This document shows positions 51,401 through 60,790 of a DNA stretch of 64,000 bases, in pieces. The stretch covers positions 27,439-91,438 of the IMG/VR virus record IMGVR_UViG_3300042568_000467; one strand, 5' to 3'. Under the pieces are notes generated by a model. The model ran no database searches. It saw nothing but the letters and a program-made list of their open reading frames with translations, and was not told the origin of the DNA. How positions within the stretch are numbered: the stretch's first letter is position 1; each line of letters opens with the position of its first letter. The position numbers were made by a program, and so were the translations under genes. This stretch comes from a virus.

Positions 51401-51493
51401 CAATCTTTCACGAAGAATTGTCTTCGGAATTGAAATTGTCTTTGTTGAAGGTGTAAATGTGTAGTGTGTTTCTAGAATTACTTTTCTTGCCAT
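48479..51493 (-). CDS. large virion structural protein
   Basis: YTFTPSTKTI...LLLITNVT N-terminus; repeated T..PHGL..G..I.V.G beta modules. Confidence 0.65.
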   Translation of the reverse strand: MARKVILETHYTFTPSTKTISIPKTILRERLLLITNVTTNQVIYNFSDPSLGCTSYNTSTSSAMVENTTLVLEYNTASMSSTDKLQITIDDHSETFMPAEVLLDTTNKLRVTQPQALIDTDFEYGIQQTKWENLGLYNNRPYSYARPTPIPNISAISFPNNSKTVSITLSSGVAPANGTSITVVDTYLTAANGNFIIESGGGGSTFSYTANAVNRSGIEAILDPNKTLVVQGDVFTGSAIGGSPSFTYSGRKITVTTTIPHGLAIGNEIVVIGATATTNPPNGNQEVAQITGPQTFSYYHAVAPTGTVGGGAIIYVRPQSQFAHRPNDGGVIFGTNAGSNYASCIRQTRRYFRYQSGKGLQASSGTILKPYAGIENIQSNGTVVVTVQTKEKHNLQPGTMIKIGGCTQTEYNGTFEIQSVISDDKFQYNALSIPSSSIATGDFFASVESWYGCQNRLGMFDNQNGLYWEYDGTTLNAVRRNSTFQLSGKVNANFGGATITQSSAYFPTFFSKQLIPGDYIVIRGQSYKVIAIQNDTSMTISPAYRGATTQFAIISKTQETKIPQSSFNIDKLDGTGPSQYNIDLSKMQMFYIDYTWYGAGFVRWGVRGPKGDVIYCHKMPNNNVNTEAYMRSGNLPARYESSTTPPYTATTQTVLTTDLALAVRSTAGFPPTGTLAIKDNTNVEYVNYSGKSATSFTGLTRGKAGEASINITQASGSSIGTVSSSANLQVGMRLINDLYPEGTFIAAINGNTIKTSKAALDANPTGVIAAPMGATSAQLFTFDAVAPTMVELAYPSFSASISHWGTSVIMDGRYDDDKSLVFTYGQRSSTAIAAGQSRALFSIRVAPSVDNGIASTFGARELINRMQLTLRALDVTTSTSNANLLVTAILNGVPSASTTWTNAVGNAANVANSSLSQIADYQSAGNVTVAGGEVTAGFFVGSGANSIDLSGVRDLGNSILGGGGSAANANIYPDGPDVLTIVVQNIGSSTASVFGRLSWTEAQA

Positions 51494-51496
51494 ATT

Positions 51497-54400
51497 CTAA
51501 TCTCCTAATTGTATATCCACTGCTCTAAATGGATAAATTGATTTTTTAGCTGATTGACTCTCTGGACCCGACATGTATCTTGCCTCAAATTTAGATCCTA
51601 CTGGAACGGGTTCGCCGAACTGTACAAATCCATCATTATCGAAGAAATATCCATCGGATGGAATCAAACTTAGCCAATGTTTTTCTTGGTTTCCCAATAT
51701 CTGTAGTATACCATTAATCGTTATCAAAAGCTTGTAAGGATTTTGTGGTATAAATACCTCTCCGTCATATGTTAGCTGGAATCTTGACTCAGATCCGTCA
51801 AAATAGACGGAAATGTCGTCCAGCGGATATATATCGGATCCAACTGATGAGGCAATTTGGTTTGCCAAATATGCCTTATTTACTGCATGCTCGTCATCTA
51901 TAGGCGCTGCTACAGATATTGGAGTGTTTCCAAAATCAACCCCGTTAATAATAACACTGTTTAATGTTTTATTTGTAAGAGTTGTTGTATTTGTTTCAGT
52001 GACTATTTTGTTAGATGCATTTACATCTAGCCCTAGTCCTGGAATTCTAAAGCTTGTTATTGAAGAGTTTCCTAATACAATTTGATTACTTGTATTTACA
52101 GCAGTAGTTGCTGCGTTATATCCAATAACAATGTTATTTGATCCAGTAGTAATTGCAGCTCCAGCCAATGTTCCAAGCGCAACGTTTTGATTTCCGAGCA
52201 ACAATTGTCCCGCAGCACCAGATCCAACAGCTACGTTATCTGAACCTTCTTGAACTGCACTTAATGCATCTAGTCCTAGCGCAGAGTTATTAGCACCCGA
52301 AGTTAGGTTTCCTAATACAAACTCTCCGACACCAGTATTATTATTAAATGTATCAACTACACCATATACTAAACCAGGAAGGTCTGGAGTTGCGCTTGGT
52401 ATTTGATAAGTGCTTCCAAGAGCTACTGTGGTATCGGTTAGACCTATTGACATAATAATGCTTGAATTTGTCAACTTATTATTTGCAATAGATCCTGCAA
52501 GCATTGCATTTGTAACTGTATTATTTGGAAGTATTACAGTTCCTGTAAATGTAGGTGACGCAAGATTTGCCTTTAAATTAAGAGCTGTCTGCTGTGCTGT
52601 TGAAACTGGTTTGTTAGCATCTGAAGTATTATCAACGTTAGACAAACCTACGTCAGATTTTGTAATTCCAGTTGGGGTATTAATAACTGGAGACGTTAAA
52701 GTTTTATTTGTCAGAGTTTGAGCTGTGTTTAAATCTACAGTTGTTCCTGTATTAATACTAAAAGTATTTCCAGTAAGGCTTAAGCCATTTCCAGCTAAAT
52801 ATGTACCAGCTCCTGAAAATTGAGTAAATGTTATTGGGTCTGTCCCAATTGTAACAACACTCGTTGATGTTTGAACCCAGCCTGTATTGTCATTAACTGT
52901 ACCACCAGTGACAAAGATGAAGTCTCCGCCATCAACCTCTGATGGGGAATCAAAGTCTGTGGCACGAGACATCATTGCGCCATCATTTATAACATAAATA
53001 CCATTTTCGCTAGGTGTGTTTTGATTCTTTACTAAAATACGATTTCCTGCAGCTAAAGTAACACCATCAATTACATCTCCAACAGAAGTTGCAAACGATA
53101 TGTTTCCTGTAGTAGCTGCTACCGCAGACGGGTGTATGTGTAACCCTTCTGTTACCGAATCTACATAAGCTTTAGTTGCTGCATCTGTAGAAGCCGTTGG
53201 TGTTCCAAGATTTGTTATTTTGTATGTTGCTAAAGTTACATCACCAGTTGGTGCCCCAACAGAATTTAATGAAAATTCTGAAGGATCTACAGAAATTGCT
53301 CCTGTAGTATCATCATAGTCAAGACCGTTACCGACTACGGTTCCGATAGCATCCTGAGCTCTTTCATCTGTAAAATAAAGCGCTGTTCCTTCTGCAATGT
53401 CTGAAGTGGTAAGGGCATCAGCGTGAGCTATTGCATTTGTTTGTGCTGCAGAAGCTGCTCCAAATGCGTCGTATGTGTTTGGAGTTACAGAAATTGCTCC
53501 AGTTGTATCGTTATAAGAAAGACCTGTTCCAACTGCATTTCCTACTGCGTCTTGAGCATTTTCATCTGTATATGTTACTGCTCCAGTTAAAGAAATTGAA
53601 TTTGCTACATCATCATAAGATACTGAAATATTTGTGTGTGTGCCAGCTGCTAAAGCGGCTGCTACAGCATCTTGTGCTCTGTCATCTGTAAAGTATTTAT
53701 TTGTACCACCTTCAGCCAAGGCATCTGTTGTAGAGTCCGCCACTCCATTTTCAGCAGTAATAGTAAGTCCGTTTTTATCTCCTGTAATTGATATATTAGA
53801 CTTTGTAGCATTTGTAAGTAGTTCTGCTGCAAATGCTTTGGTTGCCAATTCTGCTGTGTCTGCAATACCATGAATATTGGTTGTATCAGATTCGTGGGTA
53901 GATAAGTCAGTTGATGACGCCTTACTGTTTAATTGTGTTTGTATAGAAGATGTTACACCGTCTACATAATTAAGTTCTGTTGTAGATAGTGTTGCACCGT
54001 CAAGGATGTTTAACTCTGTAGAGCTTGCTGTTAAAGCCACATCCTCATTAATTTTAGGGGAATTTAAAGTTTTGTTTGTAACGGTTTGTGTTCCATCTGT
54101 TGTAAGAAGTTTAGATGTATCTGCAATACCGTGAATATTTGTTGTATCTGCCTCGTGGTTAGTTAAATTTGTTGCAACTGTTGTAAAGAATGTTGGATCG
54201 TCATTAACTGCAGCTGCTAATTCATTTAATGTGTCTAGTAGGCCAGGTGCCCCGTCTACTAAATTGCTGACAGCGGTTGAAATATCTGATGTTAATGCTA
54301 CTGTTCCAGAACTATTTGGAAGAGTAATTGTTCTATTTGCAGTTGGCTCTGTAGCAGTTAATGTTGTTGTATAGTCGTGAGCCTGATCGTTCCATAAAAT

Positions 54401-54697
54401 GATTGAGTTTTCTGGAATTATTAAATCGCCATTTGAATCTAATTCTGCTGGGCCTCCAGGAGTTCCTTGATCTGCTACGAGGATGTAGTCACCAAGACTA
54501 TTGGTTAATCCAGAAGGAGTTACGTTTGCATAACTAGTTGTGGCTGTCCATGTAGAACCATTACCTATTTTAAACTTAAGGGTATCTGTTTCAATACCAA
54601 TTTCGCCTGCTCTTAATACTGGATTTGCTGAAACCCAATTTGCTGCGGTATCTCTTCGTAATTGAATTCTAATTGCCACTTGCATTACCCCCGTCAA
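51497..54697 (-). CDS. tail/head fibre protein with Mtd-N-like domain
   Basis: IQLRRDTAANW...LRAGEIGIETDT; TNKTL and YFTDERAQDA repeats; DAATKAYVD; start may be 54685 or 54679. Confidence 0.75.
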   Translation of the reverse strand: MTGVMQVAIRIQLRRDTAANWVSANPVLRAGEIGIETDTLKFKIGNGSTWTATTSYANVTPSGLTNSLGDYILVADQGTPGGPAELDSNGDLIIPENSIILWNDQAHDYTTTLTATEPTANRTITLPNSSGTVALTSDISTAVSNLVDGAPGLLDTLNELAAAVNDDPTFFTTVATNLTNHEADTTNIHGIADTSKLLTTDGTQTVTNKTLNSPKINEDVALTASSTELNILDGATLSTTELNYVDGVTSSIQTQLNSKASSTDLSTHESDTTNIHGIADTAELATKAFAAELLTNATKSNISITGDKNGLTITAENGVADSTTDALAEGGTNKYFTDDRAQDAVAAALAAGTHTNISVSYDDVANSISLTGAVTYTDENAQDAVGNAVGTGLSYNDTTGAISVTPNTYDAFGAASAAQTNAIAHADALTTSDIAEGTALYFTDERAQDAIGTVVGNGLDYDDTTGAISVDPSEFSLNSVGAPTGDVTLATYKITNLGTPTASTDAATKAYVDSVTEGLHIHPSAVAATTGNISFATSVGDVIDGVTLAAGNRILVKNQNTPSENGIYVINDGAMMSRATDFDSPSEVDGGDFIFVTGGTVNDNTGWVQTSTSVVTIGTDPITFTQFSGAGTYLAGNGLSLTGNTFSINTGTTVDLNTAQTLTNKTLTSPVINTPTGITKSDVGLSNVDNTSDANKPVSTAQQTALNLKANLASPTFTGTVILPNNTVTNAMLAGSIANNKLTNSSIIMSIGLTDTTVALGSTYQIPSATPDLPGLVYGVVDTFNNNTGVGEFVLGNLTSGANNSALGLDALSAVQEGSDNVAVGSGAAGQLLLGNQNVALGTLAGAAITTGSNNIVIGYNAATTAVNTSNQIVLGNSSITSFRIPGLGLDVNASNKIVTETNTTTLTNKTLNSVIINGVDFGNTPISVAAPIDDEHAVNKAYLANQIASSVGSDIYPLDDISVYFDGSESRFQLTYDGEVFIPQNPYKLLITINGILQILGNQEKHWLSLIPSDGYFFDNDGFVQFGEPVPVGSKFEARYMSGPESQSAKKSIYPFRAVDIQLGD

Positions 54698-55094
54698 TAT
54701 AAGTATCTATAAAACTTGAACTAGCACTGCCTGAAGATGCAAAGATTCTAGAATCATCAACATACTCACCATAAGTTACTTCTTCAACAATACCTGTTGA
54801 CTGGCTGTGTGTGTGCTCAAGAATTTCTTTTGGTCCTGCAACATCATACCAAACTTGTCCATTATATCCTTTAAATGTATTTTCTGATGTATCAAAGTAC
54901 AACTCTCCTAATGTGGGAGTAGCTGGTGGTTCTGGTAAAACCGCAACACCTGTGGCTACATTTCCCCATGATGATCCAGAATAAATTCTTAATTTACCAG
55001 TTGCACTATTGTAATAGATTGCACCAGGGGTTGCCACTGAAGGATCTGTAGCAAGTGCTGGTGGTGCTATAGGAGTTAAGAATTTTTTTGTCAT
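54669..55094 (-). CDS. virion accessory protein
   Basis: repeated G.IYY/LYFDT...Y.G..W fibre motifs. Confidence 0.6.
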   Translation of the reverse strand: MTKKFLTPIAPPALATDPSVATPGAIYYNSATGKLRIYSGSSWGNVATGVAVLPEPPATPTLGELYFDTSENTFKGYNGQVWYDVAGPKEILEHTHSQSTGIVEEVTYGEYVDDSRIFASSGSASSSFIDTYIDGGNASGN

Positions 55095-55097
55095 CTG

Positions 55098-56513
55098 TTA
55101 TCCTACAATAACAACTCTGTATGCTCCAGCTGTTGGTTGGGACGCAAATGTCAGTGTTACTCTTGATGTGGAGGTGTGATCTACATCACATTCTACCTGA
55201 TTGTATGGAGATGCAGTTGCATAAACCTGAACTGTTACGTCTCTTGTTCCTAGGTTGTGATCTGCGTAAAAAGTAAATGGTGCTGATTCTGTTGTGGTAA
55301 TATCAGACTTCCATGTACGTGCTATGTCGTGATAATATCCACCCTGAAGGCCAACTTGCCACTTATCTGCTGTCTCGCTCCATAAGATTTCAGCATCTGC
55401 TTCTAATCCACGGTGTACAACAATTCCAGCATCTAGTGATGGTGCATTAGACTCTGGCATGTCAGAGTTAAGATTAATCTTATTATCTGAAATGTTAACC
55501 TGTGTAGAGTTAACTGTATTAATTACACCAGCTACGTTTAAGTCTCCGCCAACATTAAGGTTGTTGGTAATTGTTACGTCATCTGGTAAACCAATTGTTA
55601 CGGCTGCGCTCTCTGTGCCTGAACCAGAAACTGTAATTTCATTTGTTGTTCCAGAAATTGTTGCTACATAATTACCAGTTGTATCAGTTCCAAGTTCTAC
55701 TGAGTTTGGCTGAATTGTAGCTGCAAAACTTACGTTACCGAGATTAGTTACTGTTCCAGTACCTGTTACATCTCCTGTAAGAGTAATATCAAAATCATTT
55801 GTATCAAAATCAAGCTTTCCATTAGTATCATCGTATGTAACAGAAATTCCAGACTCTGTATTTGATGAAACCATTCCACCAACAATGTCTTGAACTCTTT
55901 CTGCATTTAATGTTACTGCACCTGATGTTACTGTAAAATCTGTTGAATCAAAACTTGCAACACCTTTATTTGATGAAGTTGCATCTTCTGCTGATATGGT
56001 AACTGTGTTTTCTGTTACAGCAACATCAATTCCTTCTCCACCAGATACTTGCAATCCTTCTGTTAGTAATGAAATACCAGTTGTTCCAGTGTCTCCATTA
56101 ACTGTAAGTATTGTTGCTACATCTACTTCGCCTGCGGCTGTTAAGCGACCTTGAGCATCTACTGTAAATGTTGGGATCTTTGTTTGTGAACCATAGTTGC
56201 CAGCTGTTACCGCTGTATTATCCAAATCAATTGTTGTTGTTCCAGCTGGATCGCCGTATGTTGATGTTAAACCAACTCCGCCAACGATAGATGAACCAAT
56301 AACATCTTGTATAACTTCTGTGGAGCCAGACATTGGCATCCATGGACCATTTGGTGATGCAAGTCCATTGTAGTAATACATCGTGTTGTTTGATGTGTCA
56401 TAATAAATCTGTCCAGTTACTGGACTAGATGGAGCTGATGAAAGCCCCTGAATTCTGGCATTCTGAAGTTCATTCTTATTCAGATTTATGTCAGTTACAA
56501 ATAATCTTGCCAT
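55098..56513 (-). CDS. fibre-like virion protein
   Basis: GQIYYDT, TVDAQGRLTAA, C-terminal HNLGTRDVTVQVY. Confidence 0.65.
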   Translation of the reverse strand: MARLFVTDINLNKNELQNARIQGLSSAPSSPVTGQIYYDTSNNTMYYYNGLASPNGPWMPMSGSTEVIQDVIGSSIVGGVGLTSTYGDPAGTTTIDLDNTAVTAGNYGSQTKIPTFTVDAQGRLTAAGEVDVATILTVNGDTGTTGISLLTEGLQVSGGEGIDVAVTENTVTISAEDATSSNKGVASFDSTDFTVTSGAVTLNAERVQDIVGGMVSSNTESGISVTYDDTNGKLDFDTNDFDITLTGDVTGTGTVTNLGNVSFAATIQPNSVELGTDTTGNYVATISGTTNEITVSGSGTESAAVTIGLPDDVTITNNLNVGGDLNVAGVINTVNSTQVNISDNKINLNSDMPESNAPSLDAGIVVHRGLEADAEILWSETADKWQVGLQGGYYHDIARTWKSDITTTESAPFTFYADHNLGTRDVTVQVYATASPYNQVECDVDHTSTSRVTLTFASQPTAGAYRVVIVG

Positions 56514-56527
56514 GTGCTATATCTCCT

Positions 56528-56986
56528 TTAAGACAGGTATGCTGTCCCACCGAATGGTTGAGCCATTGTCAGTGTAATTTTGTTAATACTATTATAGTCT
56601 ATTCCTGTTTCTAATATATCGCCTGCGCTGTTCTTGACAGTTACATTTGGGTTGTAGCCCATATTGTGCACTATTTCAAGGTAGTGGTAGGATCCTGCAT
56701 TTACAACTTGATTGATTGAGAAAGGGTATGTGAGGGTGCTTGTACTGAGTAAATAATTAGTTGCTCCTGCCCAAGAAGCGTCGTTGGGTTTTGGCCCATA
56801 GAATCTAGTTGTTTGTTTATCGTAATAAAAATCGCCTTCAAAGCCTAGGTTATCTGCTGGAACACCATTTCCATTCAGAATTGTTTTTCCTCTAGGTCCT
56901 TGAGGACCAGGTGTATTTAAAACAATTTTATTAGTCTGTTCAGTTACTACTACTGTTGGGTTATTGTTATTGTTTATTGGCATCAA
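56528..56986 (-). CDS. virion accessory protein with short collagen-like segment
   Basis: GPQGPRG, GFEGDFYYD, HNMGYNPNVTV. Confidence 0.6.
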   Translation of the reverse strand: MMPINNNNNPTVVVTEQTNKIVLNTPGPQGPRGKTILNGNGVPADNLGFEGDFYYDKQTTRFYGPKPNDASWAGATNYLLSTSTLTYPFSINQVVNAGSYHYLEIVHNMGYNPNVTVKNSAGDILETGIDYNSINKITLTMAQPFGGTAYLS

Positions 56987-57330
56987 ATGGTTACCGATCT
57001 GCTCAACGTTATATATCCTTCAAGCAATTTAGTTTTATTTAAATTGCTATCGGTTAACATAAGGTCATATGAAGACTTTGGATAGAATAATTTATTAGTT
57101 TGAGTAGGGGTCATCTTAATTGTTAATTTACCACTTGGCTCATCAATGATTATTCCGCCAGCAGGTGATGTGAGACTAAAGGCTAGCTTGCTTCCGCCCT
57201 TTGTATCTCTTACCTGTAATTTTGCTGAACAGTCTGTAAGATTGATTGGATCTCCGTCGTTGTCTTTATATTCAACGGTAAATGTAAAGGTAGTGTTTTG
57301 ATCCACTTCCCAATTTTTTTGTCCTGCCAT
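56983..57330 (-). CDS. small beta-sandwich virion protein
   Basis: VDQNTTF...PINLT..SAKLQVR...YDL...LLEG. Confidence 0.6.
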   Translation of the reverse strand: MAGQKNWEVDQNTTFTFTVEYKDNDGDPINLTDCSAKLQVRDTKGGSKLAFSLTSPAGGIIIDEPSGKLTIKMTPTQTNKLFYPKSSYDLMLTDSNLNKTKLLEGYITLSRSVTI

Positions 57331-57355
57331 TTGCTAAATCTCCTAAATAGGAAAA

Positions 57356-57381
57356 CTCCTATGCCAATTTTAGCATAGGAG
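57356..57381. terminator. hairpin overlapping TGCTAAAAT promoter box
   Basis: CTCCTATGC...GCATAGGAG inverted repeat. Confidence 0.5.
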
Positions 57382-57404
57382 CTATCCTAATCTGTTACTA
57401 TTTT

Positions 57405-57632
57405 TTACTTCTTTGTGAACCCAAATGAGCTTTCGTTTGGATTAAGTGCCTTCAAAATAACTGGTAGACAAGCTGCAATACCACCCTTGATTAAATCTCC
57501 TGGGTCAGTATTTCCAGTCATGTAAAGAGCAATGGCAGCACCTAAAAAGTGACGACCATAGCTTGCTAACGCTGCTAGAATTTTTTCTTGCATTGTTACC
57601 TTTCCATCATTGTTAAGATCTTGCTTTGGCAT
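57405..57632 (-). CDS. putative holin / small membrane protein
   Basis: two hydrophobic segments, basic C-terminus, ALNPN motif. Confidence 0.5.
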   Translation of the reverse strand: MPKQDLNNDGKVTMQEKILAALASYGRHFLGAAIALYMTGNTDPGDLIKGGIAACLPVILKALNPNESSFGFTKK

Positions 57633-57703
57633 AAGATCCTCCTTATTTCTGGGCCCTGTGCCCAGGAATTTTGGGTTTTACCCCAATGTTTATTATATAC
57701 CTC

Positions 57704-59638
57704 TTAAGCGGAAATGTCTACTAATTCGCAATTTCCATCTGAACTGCATGCTAGCGTAGAGTTAATAGATGTTCCATCTTCTGTCTCATAAAAAGATAAA
57801 TCTTCCCAGCGAATGTTTTTTGGCATTTTGGCAAGGAGATCCTCGTATTCTTCTTTTGTTACTTCTTGATACGGAGCCTGCTTATAAGAGTGATCTGAAT
57901 GCGGCAAGAATGAAATTCCAGAAACCTCATCAAAATGCTTATACACCCAAGCACCAACTTCCATCCATTCTTCTTCTTTTACAGAAACTGTAATTGATGG
58001 CTTGTGCTCACACCATGCACGTTGGTATACCAACCATGTATTTAGGTGATCTAATGCTGTTAAATCATTTCTAACAATTGCACCTTCTGGTGCTTTAACT
58101 GGAAATGAAAATACGTATGTGTCGTTTGGCTTCATAACATCATCTTCTACTGGAATTCCAACTTCCTTTAAAAATGTAGAAATTGGATCTCCCTTTGAGC
58201 CACGAACTGTACGAATATAATATGGTGAATGCCAAGGATGCATTCCTGAAGATACCCCGACTAATTGAGACACTGTACCAGAAGGCTTTACGCATGTAAT
58301 AGCTGCAGACTCAGGAATCCCAATTTTCCCAGCCTCTTCTTTATTAACTTCACGAGCATACTCACGAAGTCTAGACAATGCATCTTCCAGCTTATCAAGA
58401 CCCTGTTTTCCAGAAAAGAACTTGTGTCCAAATTGTCCTGTTAATGAAACTCCAAGTAATCTTTCTTCTTCTGTATTGTCCTTCCAAATTTTACGAAGGT
58501 ATTTAAAGTCTGTTAGCGTTGATTGCCAAGTTCCAAGAATTGTTGCAAGGCGGACTTTATTTGCAACATCTTCATTTGTATCTTTTTCACGTAATACGAC
58601 TTCTGAAAGATTACAAAACTGGTAAGGACGTAAGATAATTTCTGAGCATGGGTTAGTTCCATAGTGAATATCTGGATCTCTTCTTCCATACTTGGCTGCT
58701 TGGGCTTGAGCTGCGGCCACATTGTATATACCTCGTTCTCCTGACTTTGAATCATAAAGATTTTTCCATTCTGCTATAAATTGTTCCATCTCTGGCTTGC
58801 GTGAATAAGCAACAGAGTTATTTGAAAGTGCACGTTGAGTATTATTTTCCCACCAGTTACCAGACTTTGCTGCGGCCATTTCAATATCGTTAATATTAGA
58901 AAGAGAAATCATTGCTGAGCGACGAACGCCTCCAACAACAACAACTTCACCGATCTTACACATAATATCATGTGCCTCAATAGGCTTTAGTTGTCTGCCT
59001 ACTGCATTTTTAAATTTTGCAATTGTAAAATCAAAAAGATTAATTAGTGGTTGTGGTCCAGACGAACGACCACCCATTGTCTTAAGTCTTGCACCTGCTG
59101 GACGAACTTTTGAAACATCAATTGCTGGGATATGTCCAGTCCATAGCAAAGCAAGCAGTTCACGGTATGCCTTAGCCCAACCTTGTTTTGAATCTTCTAC
59201 AACAATTACTGTATCTGATTTTTCAAGGGCTTCTGGAATAGCAGGAAGCTTATTAACATACTTGTATTCAACAGAGAATCCAACTCCAGTACCGCACATA
59301 AGAATATACATTGTTTCATCAAACGAACGTGGAGAATCTACTGGAACAAACGAACAATTATACCCAGCAACATTGTCACGATCTAATGCAGCGCCTGCAG
59401 TCATTACAGATCTCATTGACGGCATAACATTTCTATTAAAAACTGCAGACTTTAACTCTTCAATTAACTTTGATTCTGGTTCGTATGCATGTTCTTTGAA
59501 AAGACGATCTAGCATAAACTCAAAATATCTGTCTACTGTTTCTCCCCATGATTCACGGCGATTCTCTTCTGGAATCCATCTTGCATAACGTGACAAAGCA
59601 ATAAAATTTTCGTATGGGTTTTCAATAGTTCTTGACAT
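57704..59638 (-). CDS. nrdJ: class II (adenosylcobalamin-dependent) ribonucleotide reductase
   Basis: PSMR, YNCSF, GTGVGF, GGVRRSA, TNPCSEI, TCVKPSGTVS, C-terminal ACSSDGNC; no NrdB nearby. Confidence 0.92.
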   Translation of the reverse strand: MSRTIENPYENFIALSRYARWIPEENRRESWGETVDRYFEFMLDRLFKEHAYEPESKLIEELKSAVFNRNVMPSMRSVMTAGAALDRDNVAGYNCSFVPVDSPRSFDETMYILMCGTGVGFSVEYKYVNKLPAIPEALEKSDTVIVVEDSKQGWAKAYRELLALLWTGHIPAIDVSKVRPAGARLKTMGGRSSGPQPLINLFDFTIAKFKNAVGRQLKPIEAHDIMCKIGEVVVVGGVRRSAMISLSNINDIEMAAAKSGNWWENNTQRALSNNSVAYSRKPEMEQFIAEWKNLYDSKSGERGIYNVAAAQAQAAKYGRRDPDIHYGTNPCSEIILRPYQFCNLSEVVLREKDTNEDVANKVRLATILGTWQSTLTDFKYLRKIWKDNTEEERLLGVSLTGQFGHKFFSGKQGLDKLEDALSRLREYAREVNKEEAGKIGIPESAAITCVKPSGTVSQLVGVSSGMHPWHSPYYIRTVRGSKGDPISTFLKEVGIPVEDDVMKPNDTYVFSFPVKAPEGAIVRNDLTALDHLNTWLVYQRAWCEHKPSITVSVKEEEWMEVGAWVYKHFDEVSGISFLPHSDHSYKQAPYQEVTKEEYEDLLAKMPKNIRWEDLSFYETEDGTSINSTLACSSDGNCELVDISA

Positions 59639-59727
59639 TTTTAAATAACACCTTTTCTCCGCCCTGCGGTTTATGATTTTTTAGTTGAAGTCTAATTCTA
59701 CCAAACTTTAATCTAAAGGGGAAGGGG

Positions 59728-60711
59728 TTATGATATTTTTTTAAATACTTCTTCAAATGCTTTATTGGTCAACTGATCCCAATTATATTCTTTATGTATT
59801 TCAGTTGACTGAGCATAATAGTATCCAGAATATGCTTTAAAATTAATTGCTGCATCTTCTATTAAACTAACTAAATGATTGCTATCTGGCTTGTAAACTT
59901 TTCCAGGATGCATAACATCCCATGGAGAATCTATAAGTGTAGAGTTTAACTTTAGAGGTCCTAAATATTTTTTGTAATCTGCCCAGTCGTGTGTTGATAT
60001 AACTGGCATACCTGTTGCAAGAGCCTGGAATGGAATAAATCCAAATCCCTCTCCATAAGTAGGATAGATCATAACATCATGTTGATGATACATGTCTACT
60101 AGTTCGTTATCCTCTAAATCTCTTTCATCTAATTTAATATTACTATACATTTCGTGGGGAAGTCCAAGAATACTTCCATCTTTATCGTATACTCTAAGAA
60201 CACTAGATTTATGAGCCTTTATTGTTAATGTATAATTAGGATTATTTCCAAACGCTTTTATAAATGCGTTTACTGTATCTTGTCCGCCTTTTCTTTCTGC
60301 TGGTTCTCCAACATGCAAGAACTTTACAACATTTGTAGACTCACGTTTTTTAGGTGACCAGATTGGATCTATGCCATGCGGAAAAACATTAGATACCTTA
60401 AATCCATTATTCTCATATACATCTTTACACCATTGAGATGTTGTCCAAAACTCGTCGCAAGAATTTATTTTTTCTCTCCACGATTCTGGAATAACTGTTG
60501 ATTCCCATGGAGTATAACCAATCTGATATTGATTTCTATGTAATTTATAATTTGTAGGTTGTGAAAAATTAATTTGTAATTTAGCTTTAGGGTTTTGATA
60601 GGTTAATCTATGACCCATTTTGGTTAGACATTCTGCCACTTTAAATCCAGCATGACCATAACCATTTTTGGTTGTTAAGTTGGATCTAGGCGTAGAATAT
60701 GATATTTCCAT
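59728..60711 (-). CDS. glycosyltransferase family 4 (GT-B)
   Basis: PWEST, PHGID, RKGG, YPTYGEGFGFIPFQALATGMPVI. Confidence 0.88.
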   Translation of the reverse strand: MEISYSTPRSNLTTKNGYGHAGFKVAECLTKMGHRLTYQNPKAKLQINFSQPTNYKLHRNQYQIGYTPWESTVIPESWREKINSCDEFWTTSQWCKDVYENNGFKVSNVFPHGIDPIWSPKKRESTNVVKFLHVGEPAERKGGQDTVNAFIKAFGNNPNYTLTIKAHKSSVLRVYDKDGSILGLPHEMYSNIKLDERDLEDNELVDMYHQHDVMIYPTYGEGFGFIPFQALATGMPVISTHDWADYKKYLGPLKLNSTLIDSPWDVMHPGKVYKPDSNHLVSLIEDAAINFKAYSGYYYAQSTEIHKEYNWDQLTNKAFEEVFKKIS

Positions 60712-60731
60712 TTAATCTTTCTGGTTGACTA

Positions 60732-60752
60732 ACTTGACACCTACTGTCAAGT
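60732..60752. promoter_or_regulatory. perfect inverted repeat at strand-switch point
   Basis: ACTTGACA-N5-TGTCAAGT; + strand half is the -35 of TTGACA-18-TATGAT. Confidence 0.6.
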
Positions 60753-60790
60753 AATGTTATGATTATAGTTCGTTATCTCTAAAGGAGGAA

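Noticed and set aside
51497-54697. Diversity-generating retroelement suggested by the Mtd-N-like domain
   Set aside because: No reverse transcriptase or template/variable repeat pair seen in the window.
1622-59588. Numerous short antisense or nested ORFs in the track
   Set aside because: They lie within well-supported genes and show no recognisable motifs.
59639-59727. Cobalamin riboswitch upstream of nrdJ
   Set aside because: The intergenic region is under 90 nt and has no recognisable B12 box.
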